Part shown: piece after piece, positions 48,743-58,487 of the stretch
Layout of the letters: every line of letters begins with the position of its first letter
How positions within the stretch are numbered: position 1 is the first letter of the stretch
Assembly: GCA_052272885.1 (NCBI GenBank)
Contig: DAVZJH010000001.1
Coordinates: 1-63,224 of the forward strand
Origin: Anaerovibrio sp.
GTDB lineage: Bacteria > Bacillota > Negativicutes > Selenomonadales > Selenomonadaceae
Direction of reading: 5' to 3'
Length of the DNA: 63,224 nt
Position numbers and translations under genes: made by a program
Notes under the pieces: model-generated
The model's database searches: none
What the model was told of the DNA's origin: nothing
Seen by the model: the letters and a program-made list of their open reading frames with translations, nothing else

Positions 48743-48781
48743 AAAAATCCCGCTACAATAGGGCAATGTAGCGGGATTTTT
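48743..48781. terminator. Bidirectional terminator
   Basis: AAAAATCCCGCTACA...TGTAGCGGGATTTTT between convergent genes. Confidence 0.85.
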
Positions 48782-48792
48782 GTTGGTTGGGA

Positions 48793-49497
48793 TTAGATAT
48801 CCCAATGAATATTGTCTGGGTTTGGGGTGGCCTTATCGATTTCTGCCATAATCCAGGAAATATTTTCATGCTGAGCCTCAAAGGCGGTTTTTAATTTTTC
48901 CTGATTAATAGGTGGAAGATCCATAGCATGGAGAGCCATATGCATAAAGTCCTTGGCTACCAGTACTACGCCACGCTCTGCGGCTAGCTGAGCTTTGAAG
49001 CGATAGCCATAGTAGAGATAGCTGTTGTGAGCCACAGGAATATCCTTGAAAAATTCAATTCTTTCGTCGGCTTCCGCTTCCGCTTCCTCAGTACGGTTCA
49101 TGAGATGAAGCAGATTCCAGCGGTCAGCCCACAGCTCTCCTCGGAGAATATATTTGTAGAGAAAATCTGATTCCTCAGCAGTTTCCAGAGCGATATTGAT
49201 GTAGTTGAGGGCCTCCTCGTAACGGTTGGCCTCTCGCTCCATCTGGCTGAGATGCTGGAGAGCATAGGTCTTTTCCTCAATGTCCTCAGCGTTTTCAGGA
49301 TCTGGCTCCACATCAATTATGGAGCGGAATAGCTCCTTGGCTGCCTCTGGACGGTTCAGCTCCGGCATGGCCAGAAAATGAGCCAACCTAGCTCGGCAAT
49401 GCCAATCTTCATAGCCACCAGAGAAAAGTTTTTCCGGTGGGCGGGCAGTGGTTTCCAATACGGTATCTACCAGTACATCAAATTGTTCCTTATCCAT
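48793..49497 (-). CDS. Acidic all-helical (TPR-like) hypothetical protein
   Basis: Strong GAAGGAG RBS; ALQHLS...YEEALNYINIAL helical-repeat pattern. Confidence 0.7.
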   Translation of the reverse strand: MDKEQFDVLVDTVLETTARPPEKLFSGGYEDWHCRARLAHFLAMPELNRPEAAKELFRSIIDVEPDPENAEDIEEKTYALQHLSQMEREANRYEEALNYINIALETAEESDFLYKYILRGELWADRWNLLHLMNRTEEAEAEADERIEFFKDIPVAHNSYLYYGYRFKAQLAAERGVVLVAKDFMHMALHAMDLPPINQEKLKTAFEAQHENISWIMAEIDKATPNPDNIHWDI

Positions 49498-49536
49498 AGT
49501 AAATCTCCTTCAAAATTGTATACAATATTTTTGTTA

Positions 49537-50670
49537 TCAATAGCGCAATGGTATCTGATTGGTCAACAAAACAGCAAATCCTACAAGGCTAAGGCCGATT
49601 AATACCAGACCGCCGTAATTGGGCATACTGTCCAGATTGCAGAGGAACAGCAGGGACAAGAGCAGTAGAACATTGACCAGCAGAGCTATAATCCAGCTGG
49701 TGCGTTGGCGTTTTTTTACCATAATAGCAATGTTCTTAGCGGTGGCAATGGTGCCAATACTATTGGTGTGAATCAGCACATCTGCCATATCCTTGACACT
49801 TTGCTGAGCGTATTCCAAGGCAAAGCTAATATCACAGCTGCGAAGAGCCGCCTCAAACTTGCTGGTACGGCCAGCAGCAGCAACTACCTGGCCGGTGGCC
49901 TGCTTCAACAGCATTTCCTTGGCCTTTTCCAGATTACTTAGCTGGCTTCGCAGTACGTCTGCCCCAGAGGCCTTAAGATAGCTTTTGGCAGTGGAGCGAT
50001 TGCTGCCACTCATAATAGTGACCTTGATACCGGTTTCCTGCAAAAAGCTTATGTCCCCAGGAATACTGCGTTTTAGCTTGTCCTGCAAGGTAATAAAGCC
50101 ACGGCAGAATTTGCCGATAGCTACAAAAACTATAATCTGTCCCTTGTAGGCCAGCTGGTCCGCCTTGGTGTAGATTTCTGCCGGAATATCAATGCCTTGC
50201 TCCTGAAAGAAATCAGCAGAGCCAATGCTAAGAGTCTGGCGGTTCATAAGAGCCTCTGCTCCTCGGCCGTTGACAGGATTGGAGGTGGAAATCTCTGGCA
50301 GTTCCAGTCCTCTAACATGGGCTTCCTCCACAATAGCCTCTGCTATAGGATGATGGATGCCTGTTTCAATTGCTGCCGCCAAGGCCAGCAATCTGGCGGA
50401 GGAAATGCCGTTAGGATATATATCCGTAACCTGGGGTACTCCATAGCTGATGGTGCCAGAAAGATTTACCACCAATTCCTGCAGCTGGCTGAGGAGAGGC
50501 AGCTTCTGTCTGTTTTTCAGCACGATTTTCCATTTTCTTAGCAGGCGCCGTACTTGCCAAGGAAAAAGGATTTTTTGCAATCCTAGATTCAACAGGTTGA
50601 AAATAACTAGAATGATGGCGAATATGATATATATTCTGAAGGGTTGTCCCTCCAGCAGAAGATAGTCCAA
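49537..50670 (-). CDS. Degenerate half P1B-type ATPase (P/N domains, three TMs)
   Basis: VNLSGTIS replaces FDKTGTLT; HHPIAEAI, GRG and QDKLK retained; TGD and GDGxND lost. Confidence 0.8.
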   Translation of the reverse strand: MDYLLLEGQPFRIYIIFAIILVIFNLLNLGLQKILFPWQVRRLLRKWKIVLKNRQKLPLLSQLQELVVNLSGTISYGVPQVTDIYPNGISSARLLALAAAIETGIHHPIAEAIVEEAHVRGLELPEISTSNPVNGRGAEALMNRQTLSIGSADFFQEQGIDIPAEIYTKADQLAYKGQIIVFVAIGKFCRGFITLQDKLKRSIPGDISFLQETGIKVTIMSGSNRSTAKSYLKASGADVLRSQLSNLEKAKEMLLKQATGQVVAAAGRTSKFEAALRSCDISFALEYAQQSVKDMADVLIHTNSIGTIATAKNIAIMVKKRQRTSWIIALLVNVLLLLSLLFLCNLDSMPNYGGLVLIGLSLVGFAVLLTNQIPLRY

Positions 50671-50796
50671 AAAATCACCCTCTTAGAAAAGTATATTACT
50701 AAAATATTATCCTTTTCTTGGGAAGAAAAGTCAATAATACTTGCTGAAAAGCTAAAAAATTGGTAGAATTTATAAGTAATAAGTAAATTTCGACTA

Positions 50797-51681
50797 ATGG
50801 GATGTGGGGATACATTGCTAACTTTAAGTGCGAATGCAAAGATTAATCTAACCCTTGATATTCTTGGAACCAGAGAGGATGGATATCATGAGGTGGCTAT
50901 GATCATGCAGGAAATTTCTCTGCATGATACTTTGAGCATGAGGAAAATTAATCAGGGTATTAGTTTGACCATTGCTATTGAGGGCCAGCAGGGAACTCTG
51001 CCAGCAGATGAAAGCAATCTCTGCTGGAAGGCAGCAGCTCTGGTACAAAAGGAATACAATTTGCAGGAGGGTGTGGAGATTCACCTTACTAAGAGGATTC
51101 CTATGGCAGCTGGCTTGGCTGGAGGCTCCACTGATGCTGCCGCTGTGTTGAAGGGCATGAATCATCTTTTCCAGCTGGGAATGACAGAGGCAAGGCTCTG
51201 TGAGTTGGGAGCAAGATTAGGCTCTGATATTCCTTTCTGTATTATGGGAGGCACCATGCTGGCTGCTGGCCGGGGAGAGGTTTTGACCAGATTGCCTAGG
51301 TTCCCAAGGTTTAGTGTGGTTTTGGCCAAGCCACCGGTAGGTGTATCTACGGCTTGGGCTTACAAAACCTATGATGCAGGCTATGATGGTCCTCATCCTG
51401 ATAATGAGGCTATGCTGGCGGCTATTCATGAGGGAGACGCTCACAAGGCAGCTGGTTTGCTGTGTAATGTACTGGAGGGTGTTACAGAGACTGAACATCC
51501 TGTGATAGCAGATTACAAAAGGCTTATGATGGAGCATGGGGCTATGGCTAGTATGATGTCTGGCAGCGGCCCAACAGTATTTGGACTGGTAAGAGAAAAG
51601 CAGCAGGCATGGCATTTGGCAGATGCATTGAAGAAATACGATGGTGAAGCCGGTGTCTTTGTGGCTGAGACTTTGGGATAA
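50797..51681 (+). CDS. ispE: 4-diphosphocytidyl-2-C-methyl-D-erythritol kinase
   Basis: AKINLTL, DGYH, KRIPMAAGLAGGS, GSDIPF, MSGSGPT. Confidence 0.96.
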   Translation: MGCGDTLLTLSANAKINLTLDILGTREDGYHEVAMIMQEISLHDTLSMRKINQGISLTIAIEGQQGTLPADESNLCWKAAALVQKEYNLQEGVEIHLTKRIPMAAGLAGGSTDAAAVLKGMNHLFQLGMTEARLCELGARLGSDIPFCIMGGTMLAAGRGEVLTRLPRFPRFSVVLAKPPVGVSTAWAYKTYDAGYDGPHPDNEAMLAAIHEGDAHKAAGLLCNVLEGVTETEHPVIADYKRLMMEHGAMASMMSGSGPTVFGLVREKQQAWHLADALKKYDGEAGVFVAETLG

Positions 51682-51714
51682 TTTTTTGTTTTAGAATAAA
51701 AGGATTTGAGTTTA

Positions 51715-52419
51715 ATGGAAAAAAAGCTGACACCTATTAAATTGGATAGTTATCAGCCTTTGCGGGAGGTTGTGTGTGAAACCCTTCGGGATGCTATCCG
51801 CAAAGGTGTACTGGCTCCTGGCGAGCGTTTGATGGAAATCCAGCTGGCAGAGGAACTGGGGGTAAGCCGTACTCCTGTTAGAGAGGCGATTCGCAAGCTG
51901 GAGTTAGAAGGATATGTCATTATGATGCCTCGTCGTGGTACTTATGTGGCCAATCTTTCCATTCGTGATGTGAATGAGGTATTTGAGATTCGTACCTCTT
52001 TGGATTCTCTGGCCAGCGGTCTTGCTGCGGAGCGTATTACTGATGAGGAACTGGAGCATTTGCAGCGCTTGCTGGTGTCCATTGGTGAGTACATTGAAGA
52101 AGGCGATATGGATAAAATTGTGGAAACTGATATGGAGTTCCATGATTTACTGTATCAGGCCAGCCGTAATTCTCGCTTAGTAGGCATTATCTTTAATCTG
52201 CGAGAACAGCTGACCAGATTCCGTTCCACCTCTATGTCTTATCCAGGTCGTTTACAGGCAACCCATGAGGAACATTGCCGTATTGTAGAGGCTATTGCCA
52301 AGGGTGATGTAAAGGCAGCCCAAGTGGCAGCTGAATACCATATGGAGCAGGCAGAGCATACTCTCCTGGCCAGCATGGAGGAATTGAAGAAAAAGGCTGG
52401 CGGCAAGGCCGGTAAATAA
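51715..52419 (+). CDS. GntR/FadR (FCD) transcriptional regulator
   Basis: PGERLMEIQLAEELGVSRTPVREA HTH; FH and EH FCD motifs; common ispE neighbour. Confidence 0.93.
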   Translation: MEKKLTPIKLDSYQPLREVVCETLRDAIRKGVLAPGERLMEIQLAEELGVSRTPVREAIRKLELEGYVIMMPRRGTYVANLSIRDVNEVFEIRTSLDSLASGLAAERITDEELEHLQRLLVSIGEYIEEGDMDKIVETDMEFHDLLYQASRNSRLVGIIFNLREQLTRFRSTSMSYPGRLQATHEEHCRIVEAIAKGDVKAAQVAAEYHMEQAEHTLLASMEELKKKAGGKAGK

Positions 52420-52515
52420 AAAGGCTGATACCTGTCACGGGACAGGATTTGCAGGATAGCTGGGGGAAGCCCCGAAATGGCTATTAATATGAATATATTT
52501 TTTGGAGGCAATCAA

Positions 52516-53880
52516 ATGCTGGATTTAGTTACTGTTATTCTGGCAGCAGGCAAAGGAACTCGTATGAAGTCCAAGCTGCCCAAGGTTCTGCACAAGGCAG
52601 CAGGGAAGCCAATGCTGCAGCACGTGTTGGATGCTGCCAAGGGAGCAGGCGCCAAGCGCAATATTGTAGTTGTAGGCTTTGGTGGTGAGATGGTAAAGGA
52701 AGCTATGGGAGACCAGGCTGAGTTTGTGGTACAGGCAGAGCAGCTGGGTACTGGCCATGCAGTGCGTCAGACTGAAGCTCTGTTAAAGGATGAGCAGGGT
52801 ACCGTAGTGGTGCTGTGCGGTGATACCCCTTTGGTAACAGCAGACCTTATTACCAAGCTGTATGAGGGACACAAGGCAGCAGGAGCTAAGGCAACTGTGC
52901 TGACTGCTATTATGCCAGATGCTACCGGCTATGGCCGTATTATTCGTACTGCTGACGGTGATGTGGCTCGCATTGTGGAGCAGAAGGATGCTACTGAGGA
53001 AGAGCGCAAAATCAACGAGGTAAATTCCGGTATTTATTGCTTTGAGTGTCAGGATTTGTTTGCTGCTTTGGCACAGGTTGGCTGTGACAATGCTCAGGGT
53101 GAATATTATCTGCCAGATGTTTTGGGGATTCTCAGGGACAAGGGAGAAAAAATCTGGGCAGTAGCTGCTGATGATTATGAGTCCACTTTGGGTATCAATT
53201 CCCGCTTGCAGTTGTCTGGAGCAGAGAAGATTCTCCGCCGTCGCAAGAATATTGAGTTGATGAACAATGGCGTTACCTTGATGGACCCAGACAGTACATT
53301 TGTGGATGCAGATGTAGAGGTTGGTTCTGATACCATAATTTATCCATTTACCTGGCTGGAGGCTGGCACTGTAGTAGGTGCAGGCTGTGAAATCGGCCCT
53401 AATAGCCGTTTCAGCAATGCCAAGATTGGCAACGATGTTCACGCTCAGTTTGCCTATGGTCATGATTGTATTATTGACGATGGGGTTACTATGGGCCCAT
53501 ATGTGCATATTCGTCCAAATAGCCATATTCATAATCATGTAAAGATTGGCAACTTTGTAGAGGTAAAGAATTCTCAGGTCGGAGAGGGTACTAAGCTGCC
53601 TCATCTCCAGTACATTGGTGATGCTGATGTAGGTGCTAATGTAAATCTGGGTTGTGGTACTGTTACTGTCAACTATGATGGCAAGAACAAATTCCGTACT
53701 ACCATTGGGGATAATGCCTTTGTAGGCTGCAATACCAGCCTGGTAGCTCCTGTAGAGGTAGGGGATGGTGCCTATATTGGTGCTGGCTCTGTTATTACCA
53801 AAAATGTGCCTGGTGGCACACTTGCTATTGGCCGGGCTCGTCAAAAGCTGATTGAGGGCTGGACTGATAAGCGGAAATAG
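52516..53880 (+). CDS. glmU: Bifunctional GlcNAc-1-P uridyltransferase/acetyltransferase
   Basis: LAAGKGTRMKS, QLGTGHA, GEYYL, hexapeptide repeats, NYDG; ATG 52516 after GGAGG. Confidence 0.97.
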   Translation: MLDLVTVILAAGKGTRMKSKLPKVLHKAAGKPMLQHVLDAAKGAGAKRNIVVVGFGGEMVKEAMGDQAEFVVQAEQLGTGHAVRQTEALLKDEQGTVVVLCGDTPLVTADLITKLYEGHKAAGAKATVLTAIMPDATGYGRIIRTADGDVARIVEQKDATEEERKINEVNSGIYCFECQDLFAALAQVGCDNAQGEYYLPDVLGILRDKGEKIWAVAADDYESTLGINSRLQLSGAEKILRRRKNIELMNNGVTLMDPDSTFVDADVEVGSDTIIYPFTWLEAGTVVGAGCEIGPNSRFSNAKIGNDVHAQFAYGHDCIIDDGVTMGPYVHIRPNSHIHNHVKIGNFVEVKNSQVGEGTKLPHLQYIGDADVGANVNLGCGTVTVNYDGKNKFRTTIGDNAFVGCNTSLVAPVEVGDGAYIGAGSVITKNVPGGTLAIGRARQKLIEGWTDKRK

Positions 53881-53923
53881 GCTATAATGGTATTGTAGGG
53901 AGAATTTGGGAAAATTCTCCCTA
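53860..53923 (+). promoter_or_regulatory. Putative internal prs promoter with a 5' hairpin
   Basis: TGGACT-17-TATAAT followed by TAGGGAGAATTT-GGGA-AAATTCTCCCTA hairpin without U-tract. Confidence 0.45.
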
Positions 53924-53998
53924 GAGCATTCTGGTTTCAGGACAAGATATGCTCATAGAGTATGAGGAAAAAAGAAAATATTGGAGGCATTCAAAACA

Positions 53999-54961
53999 AT
54001 GAACGACGCTGCGAAAAATTTACGACTTCTGGCCGGTAACGCAAACCCAGAGTTAGCACAGGAGATTTCCAAGTATCTGGATATTCCTTTGGTTGATGCA
54101 CAGGTTGGCCATTTCAACAATGGTGAGATTCAGGTCATGATTGGTGAAAGTGTTCGTGGAAAAGATATTTTTATTATCCAGCCTACCTGTCAGCCTGTAA
54201 ATGAGAATCTGATGGAGCTGCTGATTATGACTGACGCTTGCAAGCGTGCTTCTGCAAGAAGTGTAACTGCAGTTGTACCTTATTATGCATATGCTCGTCA
54301 GGATCGCAAGACCCGTGGCCGTGAGCCTATTTCTGCTAAGCTGGTAGCTAACCTTATGTCTGCTGCTGGTTTGAACCGTGTAGTAACTGTTGACCTGCAT
54401 GCTGGTCAGATTCAGGGCTTCTTTGATATCCCTGTAGACCATCTGGCTGCTGCTCCAGCACTGGCTGATTATTTCCGTAAGCTGGATTTGGATGATATGA
54501 TTGTTGTTTCTCCTGACCTGGGCGGTGTAACTCGTGCTCGCAACATGGCAGATTTGCTGGGTACTGGCATTGCTATTGTAGAGAAGCGTCGTCCTCGTCC
54601 TGGCTGCGCTGAGGTTATGAACCTGATTGGCGATGTAAAGGGCAAGACCTGTATCATGATTGATGATATGGTTGATACTGCTGGTTCTCTCTGCGAGGGT
54701 GCCAAGGCTCTGAAGAAGCTGGGAGCCAAGGAAGTATATGCTTGCTGCTCTCATGGTATTCTGACAGATCCTGCTGTACAGCGTATTCAGGATTCCTGCA
54801 TCAAGCAGCTGGTTATTACCAACACCATTCCTTTGGATCCTGCCAAGAAGCATGAGAAGATTGTCAGCATCTCTCTGGCTCCAATGTTGGCTGAGTTCAT
54901 CAAATGCATCTATGAGAATGAGCCTGTCAGCAATTTGTTTGACAAGAACTGGGCAAACTAA
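53999..54961 (+). CDS. prs: Ribose-phosphate pyrophosphokinase
   Basis: PYYAYARQDRK, DLHAGQIQGFF, VSPDLGG, DDMVDTAGS; ATG 53999 after GGAGG. Confidence 0.97.
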   Translation: MNDAAKNLRLLAGNANPELAQEISKYLDIPLVDAQVGHFNNGEIQVMIGESVRGKDIFIIQPTCQPVNENLMELLIMTDACKRASARSVTAVVPYYAYARQDRKTRGREPISAKLVANLMSAAGLNRVVTVDLHAGQIQGFFDIPVDHLAAAPALADYFRKLDLDDMIVVSPDLGGVTRARNMADLLGTGIAIVEKRRPRPGCAEVMNLIGDVKGKTCIMIDDMVDTAGSLCEGAKALKKLGAKEVYACCSHGILTDPAVQRIQDSCIKQLVITNTIPLDPAKKHEKIVSISLAPMLAEFIKCIYENEPVSNLFDKNWAN

Positions 54962-54989
54962 GCCACAGGAATATATTCAAATTAAAGCT

Positions 54990-55020
54990 AAAGGGCGATG
55001 TATTTCGCCCTTTTTCTTTT
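54990..55020 (+). terminator. Terminator after prs
   Basis: AAAGGGCGA-TGTATT-TCGCCCTTTTTCTTTT. Confidence 0.8.
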
Positions 55021-55039
55021 GTAAAGAGAGGTTAGTATT

Positions 55040-56209
55040 GTGAAGTTTGCAAATAGAATGAATCAATTTGGGGAGGGTGTATTTTCCCGTCTGGCTGTTA
55101 TGCGGAAAAATAGACTGGCTCAGGGCAAGGAAGTATATGATTTGAGCATTGGTGCTCCTAATATTCCTCCTACCAAGAGAATTATGGAGGTGATGGCAGA
55201 GGCGGTTATGAAGCCTGCTAATTATGTCTATGCCATTAATGATACTCAGCAGCTGCTGGAGGCAGTAGCGCAGTGGTATAAGAGACGGTATGATGTGGAA
55301 TTGAATCCTGAGACAGAAATCTGTTCCCTGCTAGGCTCTCAGGACGGTTTATCCCATATTGCGCTGTCTATTTTGGATCCTGGGGATGTTATGCTGGTGC
55401 CAGATCCTTGCTATCCTATCTTTGCCGATGGACCTCGTATTGCCGGGGCAGAGCTGTATTATATGCCTTTGCAAAAGGAAAATGATTATGTAATTCAGCT
55501 GCAGGATATTCCAGAGGAAATAGCCCGCAAAGCTAAATTCATGCTGGTGTCCTATCCTAATAATCCTACGGCGGCTATGGCCCCAGAGTCCTTCTACCAT
55601 GAGGTGGTGGCCTTTGCCAAAAAGTATGATATTATTGTTCTCCATGACAATGCCTACAGCGAGCTGGTATTTGATGGTCAGAGCTGTGGCAGCTTTTTGA
55701 GCATTCCAGGAGCTATGGAGGTAGGTGTAGAGTTTAATTCCCTGTCCAAGACCTATGGCTTGGCAGGAGCCAGAATAGGCTTCTGTATAGGTAATAAGGA
55801 CGTGGTGGGGATGCTGAAAACCTTGAAGTCTAATATGGACTATGGTATGTTCCTGCCAATTCAGGCAGCAGCAGTGGAAGCTCTGACGGGAGATCAGGCT
55901 GTGGTAGCCGAGACAAGAGCTGCTTATGAGCATCGTCGGGATGTGCTTTGCGATGGCCTTATAGAGGCTGGCTGGCATATGGAGAAGCCAGCAGGCACCA
56001 TGTTTGTGTGGGCACCAATTCCTAGCAGCTATCAGGATTCTGAGGCCTTTGTGGCTGATTTGCTGGACAAGACTGGTGTGCTGGTAACTCCAGGCAGTGC
56101 CTTTGGACCATCTGGAGAGGGCTATGTTCGTATGGCCTTGGTACAAAGTGAGGATACCATGAGAAAAATTGCAGAGACTGTAGCAGCCAGTGGTATCTTC
56201 GGTAAATAA
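55040..56209 (+). CDS. PLP-dependent class I/II aminotransferase (LL-DAP aminotransferase/MtnE-like)
   Basis: YPNNPT, HDNAY, SLSKTYGLAGARIG, PGSAFG..GEGYVR. Confidence 0.88.
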   Translation: MKFANRMNQFGEGVFSRLAVMRKNRLAQGKEVYDLSIGAPNIPPTKRIMEVMAEAVMKPANYVYAINDTQQLLEAVAQWYKRRYDVELNPETEICSLLGSQDGLSHIALSILDPGDVMLVPDPCYPIFADGPRIAGAELYYMPLQKENDYVIQLQDIPEEIARKAKFMLVSYPNNPTAAMAPESFYHEVVAFAKKYDIIVLHDNAYSELVFDGQSCGSFLSIPGAMEVGVEFNSLSKTYGLAGARIGFCIGNKDVVGMLKTLKSNMDYGMFLPIQAAAVEALTGDQAVVAETRAAYEHRRDVLCDGLIEAGWHMEKPAGTMFVWAPIPSSYQDSEAFVADLLDKTGVLVTPGSAFGPSGEGYVRMALVQSEDTMRKIAETVAASGIFGK

Positions 56210-56327
56210 AATAGTAAGTATACATTAAGTATACATGCAAAAATATCACAAATGACTTGTTAAATATGCTTTTTTGCTATACAATACATAAGTCAGTTAT
56301 TATATGCAAGAAAGTAGGGATTTTTTT

Positions 56328-57833
56328 ATGGCGGAAACTGTTTGGTCAGTATTGCCTCCGATTATTACCATCGCTTTGGCCTTGGCAACTAAAGAGGTGT
56401 ACATGTCATTGCTTATCGGTATTTTTTCTGGAGCCTTGCTGTACACAGATTTCAATGTGCTGAATGCAATTATGACCTTGTTTGAGGTTATGGCAGACAA
56501 GGTAGGGGGAAATATCAATATTTTGATTTTCCTGGTTATTCTGGGTATTTTGGTAGCAGCTATTACCCGTTCTGGCGCAACTAGAGCCTATGGTGAATGG
56601 GCAGCTCGTACCATTAGTGGGCGCCGCAGCTCCATGTTGCTGACTGCTTTACTTGGTGTGGTTATCTTCATTGATGATTATTTCAACTGTCTCACAGTTG
56701 GCACTGTTATGCGTCCTATTACTGATAGGTTCAAGATTTCCAGAGCCAAGTTGGCTTATATTATTGATGCCACTGCTGCACCAGTATGTATTTTGGCTCC
56801 GGTGTCCAGTTGGGCGGCAGCGGTAGGCTCATCTTTGCCGGAAGGCAGTGAAATAGATGGCTTTAGCCTGTTTTTGCAGACTATTCCATTTAATCTCTAT
56901 GCCTGGATGACTATTTTGTTTATGCTGTTCATTATTTGGTCCCAGCGTGATGTATTTGCTATGGCTAGATATGTTAAGAAGAATCAGGAACATTTTATTG
57001 TACCTGAGGAATACAGAGACAGTGAGGAAGCCCATGTGGAGGGTAACGGCAAGATTATTGATTTGGTACTGCCTTTGCTAGTGCTGATTGGCGCCTGTGT
57101 TTATGGTATGCTGTACACTGGCGGTATCAATGAGGGCGCTTCTATTCAGCAGGCCTTTGCGGATTGTGATTCCAGTAAGTCTTTGGTATTTGGTTCTTTT
57201 ATCGCCTTTGTTTTTACAGCTCTCCTGTATCTGCCTCGCCGGGTTATTACCTTCAGTTCCTTCTGTGAAACCTTTGCTCAGGGCTTCAAGGCCATGACTC
57301 CTGCTAATTTGATTCTCTGCTTTGCTTGGACCTTGTCCGGCATTTGCAGCGACAAGTATTTGAATCTTGGTGGATATGTAGGCAATCTGGTTAGCGCTAA
57401 TGTGGATGTATTGGTATTCCTGCCAGCTATTTTCTTCCTGGTAGCAATAGTTTTGGCGTTTGCAACAGGCACCTCCTGGGGCACTTTTGGTATTCTTATT
57501 CCTATTGCTATCGCTGTTATTGGTAACGGAGATCCAAGTCTGCTGGTATTGACTGTGGCAGCAGTTCTCTCTGGTGCAGTAGGCGGTGACCATGCTTCAC
57601 CAATTTCTGATACCACTATCTTGGCTTCTGCTGGTGCACAGTGCAGTCATATTGACCATGTCAATACGCAGATACCATATGTGGCTATGGTTTCTACCGC
57701 CAGCTTTGTGGGCTATCTGGTAGATGGCTTCACCAATAATGGCTGGCTGGGGTTGGTTACTGCCTTGGGCATTATGGTAGTCATTATGTTGGTTATTTAT
57801 TTCAAGGTAAAGCCTGTAGATGTAGCACATTAA
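56328..57833 (+). CDS. NhaC-family transporter (probable amino acid/Na+ transporter)
   Basis: FIDDYFN, DATAAP, FATGTSWGTF, GDHASPISDTT motifs; ATG 56328. Confidence 0.9.
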   Translation: MAETVWSVLPPIITIALALATKEVYMSLLIGIFSGALLYTDFNVLNAIMTLFEVMADKVGGNINILIFLVILGILVAAITRSGATRAYGEWAARTISGRRSSMLLTALLGVVIFIDDYFNCLTVGTVMRPITDRFKISRAKLAYIIDATAAPVCILAPVSSWAAAVGSSLPEGSEIDGFSLFLQTIPFNLYAWMTILFMLFIIWSQRDVFAMARYVKKNQEHFIVPEEYRDSEEAHVEGNGKIIDLVLPLLVLIGACVYGMLYTGGINEGASIQQAFADCDSSKSLVFGSFIAFVFTALLYLPRRVITFSSFCETFAQGFKAMTPANLILCFAWTLSGICSDKYLNLGGYVGNLVSANVDVLVFLPAIFFLVAIVLAFATGTSWGTFGILIPIAIAVIGNGDPSLLVLTVAAVLSGAVGGDHASPISDTTILASAGAQCSHIDHVNTQIPYVAMVSTASFVGYLVDGFTNNGWLGLVTALGIMVVIMLVIYFKVKPVDVAH

Positions 57834-57852
57834 TTTTTATATGATTCTGCAA

Positions 57853-57888
57853 CGCCGTAGATTTGATAAGAATCTACGGCGCTTTCTT
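57853..57888 (+). terminator. Terminator after the NhaC gene
   Basis: CGCCGTAGATT-7-AATCTACGGCG then CTTTCTT. Confidence 0.75.
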
Positions 57889-57948
57889 ATTGAAGAATGG
57901 CTTTTTTACGATTTATCTAGGGTTAGGGGGATTAATATCGGTTAATTC

Positions 57949-57977
57949 TTGACTTTTTGCCATAATAGATTTATAGT
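57949..57977 (+). promoter_or_regulatory. Putative sigma70 promoter of the thioesterase operon
   Basis: TTGACT-17-TATAGT. Confidence 0.6.
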
Positions 57978-58026
57978 GTAAAGGTTATTGAAGATATGTA
58001 TTTTTTGAATAGAAGGAGGCTGGAAT

Positions 58027-58434
58027 ATGGTTACAACAGCAATCCACAAGGTTAATTTTTATGATACAGATGCTATGGCTGTAGTGCATCATGCCAACTA
58101 TATCCGTTGGTTTGAAATCGGCAGGGTAGAATTTCTTCGGGCAGCAGGTATTACTCTCACAGAAATGATGGATGATGGCTATGTGTTTCCTATTACAGAG
58201 GTTAGTGCCAAATATATGAATTCTGCTCGTTTTGATGATGAGCTGTTGATAGAAACTACCCCGGAAGCTTTGACTAAGGCTAAGATGGCCTTTACCTATC
58301 GGGTGTTGCGGAAATCTGATAATCTGCTGCTGGTAACAGGGCGTACTCAGAATGTATTTACCAGCATGGAAACTGGACATATTACCAGATTGCCAGCTAA
58401 ATATTATGAAAGATTGCAAAAGGCATTGGGATAA
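58027..58434 (+). CDS. Acyl-CoA thioesterase (YbgC/4HBT family)
   Basis: DTDAMAVVHHANYIRWFEIGR hotdog-fold motif. Confidence 0.92.
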   Translation: MVTTAIHKVNFYDTDAMAVVHHANYIRWFEIGRVEFLRAAGITLTEMMDDGYVFPITEVSAKYMNSARFDDELLIETTPEALTKAKMAFTYRVLRKSDNLLLVTGRTQNVFTSMETGHITRLPAKYYERLQKALG

Positions 58435-58487
58435 AATATGCTGTGTTTTACCAATTTGTATTTATAGATTAATGGGAGGAAATTTTT

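Noticed and set aside
56210..56327. Lysine riboswitch before the NhaC-family gene
   Set aside because: The spacer is about 118 nt and AT-rich, too short and lacking the AGAGG..P1 consensus.
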